Assembly (NCBI GenBank): GCA_964016885.1
Contig: OZ024741.1
Span: 165,416,001-165,480,000 of the forward strand
Length of the DNA stretch: 64,000 nt
Origin: Eledone cirrhosa
Lineage: Eukaryota
Direction of reading: 5' to 3'
The notes under the pieces are model-generated. The model was not told the origin of the DNA and ran no database searches. It saw only the letters and a program-made list of their open reading frames with translations. Below, piece by piece: positions 37,483 through 48,500 of this stretch. The stretch's first letter is position 1. Each line of letters opens with the position of its first letter. The position numbers and the translations under genes were made by a program.

Positions 37483-38676
37483 CATCTATTTTCTATGCTT
37501 GCAAAGGTTAGATCTCTTTTTTGCCTTGGTTTTCTAAGGTAGGGTGCCCTTCCTAATGCCAAATTCCCCATACCCTGTCAGACAACTATCTTACAGGGTA
37601 TGGGGAACAACCGTTCTCTTAGATGTGTTTTTAAATACGAGGCTATGTTTTAGTTTCAAATGATTTATTATACGCACAGGCGCGTCTCCCTATTCTGTGC
37701 CCTACGGCCGCGGGGCGCCCAGCGCGTGGTTCCCCATTTGCTCATAATAGTGAGAGATGGGGAGAGTGGGAGAGATGGAGGCAGTGACAGTGGGAGTTTG
37801 GTTCCATTGTATCTGGACCTGGTGTGTATGTATATATTTATTAACCACACCACTTTTTCATCAGGGTTTCACTATGATGAAAAATCTTTAGTGAGAAATA
37901 GGTAGAACATTGGACTACATGCTTTGCAGCATATAGTCACAGTTCTTTACGTTCTGAGTTCAAACTCCTGCCGAGGTTAGCTTTGCCTTTCATCCTTACG
38001 GGGTCAATAAAATAAAGTACCAGTTACGCACTGGAGTTGATTTAATCTACTTCCTCCCCCTTTAAATTGTTGGCTTCCACACAAATATATCTGTTTGTAA
38101 TATTAATGTCAAGTATAAAATGTGTGTAGTAAAATCCTTACTTAGGAGGAGACAATTTAGACCTTCCTCCATGAAATTGACACTAGCTGAAGAAATCCAC
38201 AGAATTAAGATTCCGATAATGGATATTTGAAGACATATGAACCTTGACAGAAACATTATGCTATACATACTTCAGACAACATAGCTATATACAAACACAC
38301 ACAAATTACATTTAAGTTATATCATATGACTGAAATACAAGCAGATTACAGGACAGACAAACACAGTCAAAAACTTTATAAAACGTAATACAAAATACAT
38401 CACAACAAACCAGAAATCAACAGTAATAATATAGTCCAAAAATTCAATAACCAAAAGCATCCTAATTACCAACAAACCCGAAGCATGTAAACTTGAGAAG
38501 AAGCCACAAATGACCGATATGATTTACAAATTCGAAAATGAAAGTTGTAAACATCATAAAATCAATTGCTACATTCGCTACACAAATACAACACTCTCCC
38601 AAAAGCTCACCATGGGGCAATAAAATTCCAATAAAGAAATTGAAACTAAAAAATAGTTATGTCTTTAACACACAGA

Positions 38677-38774
<98 letters not shown>

Positions 38775-39564
38775 TAGATGTGTGTGTGTGTGCGTGTGTG
38801 TATTTGTGTGTGTGTGCAAAAAGTAAACAGAAATAACAAAACAAACGACACAGTACAATCAAGAAATATATTAGTTTAACATTCGATATAGTAGGAAAAG
38901 AGTCTTAACGTTTCGGGCACTAGTCTTTTGTTAGAAGATAGAATGAGAAATAAAAGATGAAATAGAAACATAGAGAGGGAGAACAAGAAGGAATAGAAAA
39001 AAAAAATCAACAAAAAACACGCGATTATATATATATGTGTGTGTGCCTGTGCGTATATATATATATATACCAATCACATTCTTTCTGACTTGACAACTAG
39101 CTACGTCAAAGTTCTTAGCCATTTTGAATTCGTTTCTGGCAGGGATCATTTAATAAAAATTTTCGTCCAATTGAGTTTTTTTCCTGATAATTTCGAAACT
39201 CGTGAATTTATCCTTAATCGGATATTTCCAAAAAGCGAATGAAACCACATGGGGTAGAAACATAATTTTGGTATGCTTATACACATTTTTTCTTCTAACT
39301 TTGATTTTGTACCTAATTGTGTATGGTTGACGATATATCTAATCGATTTCCACGTGCTATTAGAAATGCTGGGTAAATATTCTATGGCTGTTGATCGCGG
39401 ATAGATAGCTATCATTTATTTATCTATTGTTTCTTCATAGATGCCTTTTAACCTTTTAATCTTATAGCCCTGTTTAATTGTTTTTTTTTTTGTGTGGTTG
39501 ATTATGCTGATTGGGAGAGGAAATAATGTATATATTTTATCAAATGATTCTATGGACATACTTT

Positions 39565-39613
<49 letters not shown>

Positions 39614-39959
39614 ATAAATATATATCATCATCATCATCATTTTACATCTGCTTTTCCCTGCTTGCAGGGAGGGTCATATTGTTGTAATAATTTTGCCAGA
39701 AATAATAACAGGACACACTCACTGTTTGGTTGGTTTTCGCTTCTGTATCTTTTATATCTCCATAGTTAATTTATTTGGCAATCAACATTTATCATTGATT
39801 GACCAGCAGTTAAAAATACAGATATAAATATATACAATGATATTAAATAAATGGAAACTATATTTATAAAACCATATTTATTCTATTATATATATTTCAA
39901 GGGTACCAAAAACTTTGGTACGCTTTCATCAGATAAAATACAACACACTTTGTATTTTA

Positions 39960-40505
39960 TTCAAACACTCCTTCCTGCAGGTTCTGTCAGAAGCAACCAT
40001 CTCCAAATAATCCAGCTGAATCCCCAAGCAAGACCATCTAAGCTCATGGATGTTATACAACTATCTTGCTCAGGGTCTACCTCTGGGTCTCTTGCCAGTT
40101 GGTTTTGCCTATAAAATCTGTGCAGTGATTCTTTCCTGAGACATTCTAACCCCTTGCCCATAATATCGGAGTTCTGACCTCTTAATTCAGAGAAGTAGCG
40201 CCTCTACCTGGAGTGACTCTTTGATCTCTGAGCTATGCACTATCAAGTAATGTTACTTTAAAGACCTTTTGGATGAACCACATTTCAGCTGCTTGCATTC
40301 ACGATTGTAGTTTTCGGTCATTACCCAAGATTCATGACCATAGACAAGGGTTGGCACGAATACAAAATTGAAGATAGCAAATTTGGCTTTTACACCTTCT
40401 TTATCGAATGCTGAAGCTGGCGCATTACTGCACCAGCTCTTGCAATTCTAGTAAATTTAGCCACCTGCCTTCCATCACTCGTTGACACGGCCCTGAAATA
40501 CTTAA
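39960..40505 (-). mobile_element. RTE-type LINE 3' fragment
   Basis: Decayed RT C-terminal region, homologous to a second copy at about 52560-53030. Other RTE-like 3' ends are at 50100-50500 (-), 17930-18390 (+) and 41720-41935 (-). Confidence 0.7.
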
Positions 40506-43043
40506 ACTTCACCTGCTTCTGTGATTCTATTCACATGTATAATTAAAATATCCATCTGAACAATACAGAAATTTACGTTTTTGTATTTTACAATAAAAAA
40601 AATGTTTTCTGATTTAGGCACAAGGCTAACAATTTTAGGGATTTGAACCCAGACCGTAAAAGGCCATAACTCTATGCTGCAAAAAAAATAATACCTTGTT
40701 TTCACACATAATCTACTAAGCTTTTCATTATAATCTTTATAATGAAATACACTGCCTATTATTTTCAAATAACCTAGGAAAAGAACTTGAAAGGATTTAG
40801 CAATATAACAAACTTTCGTATTTTTCTTCATAAAAATACTTATAAGCTGTTTACATAAAAACACTTTTTAATTAATTCACATGGTTAATATTCATTCAGC
40901 ATTGGTAGAGGGTCGGACGCCATGCTTTGCAGCAAAGAGTTACGTCTCTTTATGGTCTGAGTTCAAATCCCGCCGAGGTTAACTTTGCCTTTCACCCTTA
41001 CGGGGTCGATAAAATAAAGCACCAGTAATACACTGGGATAATTGCTGGCCTTGTGCCAAATGTAGAAACAATTATATATATATATAAAATGAATATTATT
41101 TCCAGATGATTTCCTTCGAATGAAACAGTTCTAGTCCTGTAGAAGCCATTTCTATATTAAATATTTATACTCTGCTATGTATTGAGTACCTTACTTACTA
41201 TGGTTACACCCGATTTAACCCGGGACACACACACACATATATATATTCGTCCTACACGGGTACTGCTGTCCTATGAACTAATCAATATGATATGCTCTGA
41301 AATTAATTTCCCACTCATGGTTCGAGTGTTGTTGAGCAGTTCCATAGGGAGCAAGAATGATAATTCACGCTGGCATCTATGTCTATGTCAACAAATCGAT
41401 TTAAATTCCCCATTATATATATATATATATATATATCATCATCATCATCATTTTACGCCCGTTCTTCCACGCCAGCATGGGTTAGACAGGTTGTCCTGTT
41501 GTGAGCAGTGTCCAGTCGGCTGCCCATGCCTTGCTCATACGAGAACTGATTCTGTCTTGATTTCTACAGCTGGATACCCTTCCTAACACCAACCTCAATT
41601 ACAGTGAGTGCTGGGTGCTTTTTTGCTGTGGCACCTCCACAACCACTTTGCAGTGGGTGTGGGGGCATATTGTCTATATGCTTCAGCTTTGGCTTTGTAC
41701 CCGTGAGGGGGGGGGGGGGGTCGGGTGTTCTGTATTACTGTGTGGCACCAGAAGTCACGGTCGTGTGTTATCGCCTTTGAGAGGTGTAATTGGGTAAGGT
41801 CGACTTTTATCACCTCATCCCGGGTCTTCTTGGGTCTCCCCACTCCGCGGTTTCCATCGACTTCTAGTGTTCTGCACCTTTTTATGCAGCTGTCATCCTT
41901 CATACGCATCATATGTCCATACCAACACAACCGCCTATATATATATACACACACACACATATAAGATTAGCATTTAAACGACGTAATAAACAGAGGATGT
42001 ATATGTAATCCCGTCTCTTCTTTTTTATAATATAGACATTCCGTCTGTTATTTTATAAGTAATACCTTAAGGAACACACGCTATGGATTACTTCAGTCTG
42101 TTTACACTAGAGTTAGTTGATTGGTTGATCAACCAACGTTTTTTTTTTATTACCTGGAATGATATTTGAGAGAGAGGGAGAGCCTGCAAAATGGCGAAAG
42201 ACATACCTACTAGTAGACATACATACACACCCACAAATCTTTGATAAATTCTCCCATCTCACCCATCCCCACATAAGTAATGATACATAGAGATGTTTAC
42301 ATACACACCTATAGTTACACACACAACCATTCCCTAAATCTTATATATAATGATTGGAAGACTGCGAGACTGTTTCAAGAATATTTTTTCTGAACATGTT
42401 ATTAAAAGTTGGATTACTTTGAATAAATAATGAATGAATATTACATAATTTATCTACTAAATTTCGTAGCTGTTGATTAAACATAAATATTCTTATATAT
42501 AAGTAATGTATAGCTTATTTTAAGATTCACTTCTTTAAAAATTTTCAAATGTATATACTTCCTGTTAGCGTCCATTATATCTTAACACTTAGCCATACGC
42601 TATACCATATCGCTTATATAAACGTTCATATATTTGCATCGTTATATCATGTTTATATTTCTGTTGCTAGTGTATATAAATATATATATATACATATGTG
42701 GATATGTATATATATATATGTGGATATGTATATATAAAATACAATCAATGTATTCTAAAACTTTTCTGCAACATCCTATAAAGAAAATTTACACTTGGAT
42801 GGACAGTTTATACCCTTATATGGACAAGCCACATCTCTAACGATATGGCCAGTTAACTGTGAGCCCTTTTGGCAATCAGTCTGGAACTAACTGTTGAAAA
42901 GGCAAGAGCTCAGCCGTCGGGCCCTGACTCTTTGTAATATAGCCATACTCTACTACCCCAAGTATCAAGTACTCTGTTGAGTAATGGTGTAACTAATTTA
43001 AAACTGGCTCTATCCTGCTCTCTCTCTCTCTCTCTCTCTCTTG

Positions 43044-43075
<32 letters not shown>

Positions 43076-43189
43076 ATATATATATATATATGTAAAAGGT
43101 AAACAGAAATAACGACACAATCGGTACAGTATATGGACGGGATATATTAGGTTAACGCTTGATATAGCAGGAAGAGGGTCTTAAAGTTT

Positions 43190-43239
<50 letters not shown>

Positions 43240-43616
43240 GAGTCAGGACCCCGACGACCGAGCCCCGGCTGTTTCGACAGCTAGATCCGAATGGACTCTG
43301 TTCCTATTAGCCACTCTACTACCCTAAGTATCAAGTACTCTGGTGCGTTATAGTCCACCTGGTTTTTTTACCACTCTTTCTTTGTTTTATATATATATAT
43401 ATATATATATATTCATTTTATTAAGGCTAAATAGTGAGGCTGGTTACTCTGGAGTTTCACATATTTAGTATCTGTTGACACTGGGAGATAAACAGGTGAA
43501 ACTCCTGAATAACAAGACTCCCTATTTTAGCCTTAATAAAATGATATTAAAACTACTTCGGTATAGTGTACTCCTTTCTTTTAGCCACCAACCACATACA
43601 GATATATATATATATA

Positions 43617-44200
43617 CTAGCAGCTGAGCCCGATTGCACCCGGGGCCACTTTTTATTAAGTTAATAATTTGAAAAATATTATTGAAAGTTTATTATAAAG
43701 AAGCAGTTTCAGGAAAAAAAATAGAAATATGCACTTGGGGCTGGACGGCGTACAATGAGAAGTGGAGCGACGTGAAAAACGTTGTTTATTAACAGCGAAA
43801 TAGCAATGTCGATGATATGCAATTTGAAAAATACTACTTACTGTTAGTGGTGGTTAACATGTATTAGAATTAAAATAAACATGCATAAGGAAAGTATATA
43901 CTTTCAGACGTTCAACCATCTGGCAGGAAGGTATACGTTGCTGACGATAGCTAATAAGCTTGAAACTACTACAGCATTCCTTTGTCAGTGTTCAACAAAT
44001 GAGCAACGATGGTTGCTAGACACTGTACAGCTTAATTCGGGATGTTTGTTTACAAACACACCGAACATTATAATAAATGTTGGGTGAATCCATACGTACA
44101 TATATATATGTGTGCATGTATGTATATATATATACATACTACTGTACGTCTGTATACATATATGTATGTAGGTATACATACTTATATTTAAGTAACAGCC
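43617..44200 (-). mobile_element. Helitron 3' portion
   Basis: Minus strand ends CCCCGGGTGCAATCGGGCTCAGCTGCTAG|T (hairpin plus CTAG). The 5' end is not resolved. Confidence 0.55.
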
Positions 44201-44243
44201 GTACTAAGAGTGAGAAATGAAATTTCGTTTCATTTTTTCCGTT

Positions 44244-44274
<31 letters not shown>

Positions 44275-44282
44275 TTTACGAA

Positions 44283-44330
<48 letters not shown>

Positions 44331-45518
44331 TTCGTAGAATATGTTGAAGGTAAAGAAATAAGTGTTTCTACTTTAGGCACAAGGCCAGCAATTATCCTAT
44401 TGCATTACTGGTACTTTATTTTATCGACCCCATAGGGATGAAAGGCAAAGTTAACCTCAGCATGATTTGAACTCAGACCGTAAAGGGCCGTAACTCTATG
44501 CTGCAAGGCATAGCATCCGACCCTCTACCAAAACTGCCATAGAGCATTATATGCTGACAAATGCAATGTAGACAGAAAATGTACTTGCAAAAATATACTA
44601 CTACTACTACTACTAGTAGTAGTAGTAGTAGTAGCAGTAGTAGTAGTAGTTGTAGTAGTATAGTAGTACAAAGAAGTCTTATGTACAAGAGAGATGGGAA
44701 AATTGTTAGAAATATGTAAAAGTAAATTAATAGAAAATTTAACATTTTTTAAGCTGAAATCTGCATAGAAATTAATCAGTATGTGATTATATATATGCGA
44801 GTGTGTGTATGTATATGTATATGTGTGTGCATATATATATATATATATATTAGAGAGAGAGATGCAACAATGTAATTTATATTTGAAGTATGTGAAGGTG
44901 ACAGTGAATAAAACTATTTAATCAGCCTTAGGACACACACACCATACACAAAACATACACTGTTTTATAAGCCAGATTAGTTAGTACTCAATGACAGTGA
45001 AAAAAATAAGGTGGTAAAGTAAAGTACAAGGCCTTTATCCCAAGTAGGTACTTAAGAAAAGCCTGTGAATAGGTCTGTAAGAAGGTCTGCAACTCCTTTG
45101 TCAATTCCCCACCCAGTCCCACCTCGACCCCCTGTCAATCTAATCAAGAGCAGGGCCAGAAGAAGAAATAGGTATTTGTGTATGTTATACAAAGTGATTA
45201 AAAGTATGGCGACAAGGTATTGAAGATGTAGTTGCTAATAAAAATACAAACAGCAACAGATGAAAGTAAGAAAGAAGTATACTTATTGAGTTATTTAACA
45301 AATCAGCTTATTTAAGATATTGTTGTTAGCCTTGCAAACATGTCAACACTGTTTTTAAAGAGCTATAAAGGTTAAAGTGAAGGACTGAATAAGGAATGAT
45401 AATGCAAGGCCAGCAATTTGGTGGGAGCGGAGGTTTATATCACCCCTAGTATTTTACCAGTACTCTTTTACCTGTTCCAGCCATCCGGCTGAGGCCATGC
45501 TGGGGAACCGCCCTTTAG

Positions 45519-45573
45519 AAAATATGGAATGCTTCACAAATTTGCATGTCATCCTTGCGCAGGAGCCATGCTA
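45519..45573 (-). pseudogene. U6: U6 snRNA 3'-half retrocopy (5'-truncated)
   Basis: Reverse complement TAGCATGGCTCCTGCGCAAGGATGACATGCAAATTTGTGAAGCATTCCATATTTT matches the U6 3' half TAGCATGGCCCCTGCGCAAGGATGACACGCAAATTCGTGAAGCGTTCCATATTTT with 4 substitutions, 3 of them CpG transitions. Confidence 0.93.
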
Positions 45574-48500
45574 CTATATCTTTTCAACCTGGCAGGATGA
45601 AAGACCAAGTTGACCACCACATAAGGATTGTGTCAGACGCTCTAATGATTCTGGGATTAATAAAACTACAACTTTATTATTCTAGTATCAGACCTGCCAA
45701 CCTCTAAAAACCCAAACGGGGACTGCCATGAAAAAGAAGTGCCTCAAAACGGGGAGATTTGAGGCAAAATGGGGAGATTTTACATAATGAAAGCTATACC
45801 CATGTTCACAAGAGAAGACATCTCTCACCCATCCCAAAGTGGGTGGAAGATCTGCCCATTAGACTGGAAGAGTTGATAGGTTTGCTTTACCGGTACCATA
45901 TTTTTTCAACCTGGGAAGTTGACCACAGAGGGATTGTGTCTGGCACTCTAACGATTCTGGGAATAATAAAATTACAACTTTATTATCCTAGTTATTATCA
46001 GCTGTCAGTAAATAAAATAAATGAACCTCCAGTGGTTTCGATAATGAGTGTTCCTATTGTTCAAACAATGGAGTGGCCCACACAGTAACACTTTTGTTAC
46101 CATGTTTCTAATGAAGTACACTGCATATGTGTTTTAATTTTGAAAATAATAAAAAAAATGTTAATGTATATAGAATTATGATGGAATATCATAAAAATAT
46201 GAACATTAAAAATGAGCTGATTTATATCAGTAAAAAAAAGTAATAAATTACCATGTAACTAGCTGACTGTTCCATAAACACGTGTACCTTTAACATATTT
46301 CTCAGGGAAATTCAGTGTATGACATAGTTGAAACATTGAATTGGCGCAGTCCATCCCAGAGGTTTCCAAGAAATTTCTGTCTATATGCCTATGGTAAATT
46401 ACACGTACTCAAGACCCACAACATAGTGGGGTAGAACCTGGAACTTTATGATAAATCACATATTTTCATGTATTTTGTCATTAAAGAAGAATACATTTCC
46501 CTTCAGTCAATCAATAATAAACATTGGTTGCCAGCTAAATTATTTATAGAAATATAAAGACATACTGAAGTGAAAACCAAAGCAAACAGTGAGTGTGTTT
46601 TACTATATTTTCTGGCAATATTAGAACAACATGATCCTCCCAAAATATAATAATATCTGTTTCAACAGACGATTTCATATCAAAAACCTTGCAAAATAAA
46701 TACATCGCAGTCATTCTTATATCTTACATAAACCTGAGTATTGCTGTGACTTTATGAGAGATGTTTAGGTATTTAACTCTTAACATCTTGCACCACGTTC
46801 AAACACAGTAACAAGACATGAATATCAAAAATTTCATTGATGGACTAATAGTTGATTAAAATACTTTGCTTTTGAAGCCGTTTATGATGTATGTATGATA
46901 ATGTCTTTTAAACTGCAGTTGATGGTCTGTCCACAAGTAAAGATACTATAAACAATAGAATTTAGAAACTCATTTTTAGATATTTCCTGCTAAATCATTA
47001 GAGTTAATTAACTGACACTATCTTGATTATGTCTTGGTTCAATGAATATTTGACCTTTTTTCTTCTTGATTTATTGGTTTTACTGGTCTTAGGGTCCCAC
47101 CCCTTACTTTTTATCAGTTATACATCCTTCTGCAGGACATATTACTACTAACATACAGCTTGGATGACACATAAAATATATAATTAACAACGAACCCAAT
47201 ATGGCAATGACTCTTATAGAAAGGGCCAACAAAAATACATCACAGCACCCCATATGCATTTTATAAAGCATCATTCATAAGTAATAGAGATATACATGAG
47301 TGTGTATCCATGAATATATATACACATACACAAGGTCCAAACACAAAAGAACCAAATTCCCAGTTACTGCCTCCGTCTCTCCCACTCTCCCCATCTTTCA
47401 CTATCATTAGCAAATGGGGGCCCTCACACTGGCCATCCCATGGCCCCAGTGGACAGAATGCTGAAGGCGTTTTCCTGGAGAATGGTGAGGGAGACGTGCT
47501 GGAAGAGCCATTCCCACACCTGTGGGTAGCCAACTCTGTGCCAATGGTGGTGAACAGAGATGTGGCCCTAGGACTAGTGACACCAGAAGTCTCTACTGCT
47601 ATGGGCTCGACCGCAAACCTGTCGGAGAGCGACCGATATTTGGAGAGTTTACGCTTCTTGGCCCGAAGTGCAGCAGAAACTGGGTTTCCTTTAGAGTTTA
47701 ATGTTTTAGCAATTGTTAATTTTCAAAATATTCTAGAGCTTGAAAGTGATTAATAAAAAGACGAGGATATGACAACTTTTAGTGTTGGTGCCGTATATAT
47801 TTTCACCTGCGGGTAGCCAACCCTGTGCCGATGGTGGTGAGCAGGGAGGTGGCCCTAGGGCCAAGGAAACCAGAAGTCTTATGACAGAGTTGTCCTACTG
47901 AAACTAATGAAGGGCCAATAAAACAAGAAAAAACAAACTATGTCTCAGTATCACAGGTTGTGTAAGCCAAGATATATATTTGGTTACAGATCAACCACCA
48001 AAAACAGTTGTTCTGATAAGTAAATAAAAAATATACCAAATTATTGATTTTGTATCTACTCATGAGGTGTTATCGATAATAATTAATGGATGGAATTGAC
48101 AGATTGACAAAAGACCATTGAAATTATTGGTGGAAAAAAAACTTAGATATAAAAAAAATGGAAACATTTCAAAAGAGACGATGGTAAGTAATTATATAGT
48201 ACATAGTATTATGTATCATGTAAGATGTATTAATATATTACATAAAGTGTATACTGACATCATCATCATCAATTCAGTTTTACATCCTGTTTTTTTGCCA
48301 TGCTGGCATCAGTTGAACATGGCAGGGGATTGGCAGTACTGTTAGAGTGTCAGACAAAATGCTTTGCAAGCATTTTTTCTGTCTCTTTACATCCAGAGTT
48401 CAAATCTTACTGAGGTCAAGTTTTATCCTTTTGTGGTTGATAAATATAGGGTCATTTCAGATTTCAGTACAGCGGTAAATTCTTCCTCTATACCTTCTCT

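Noticed and set aside
47310-47753. 147-aa ORF (and the 128-aa ORF at 4223-4609)
   Set aside because: They lie in an interspersed repeat whose copies do not conserve the reading frame.
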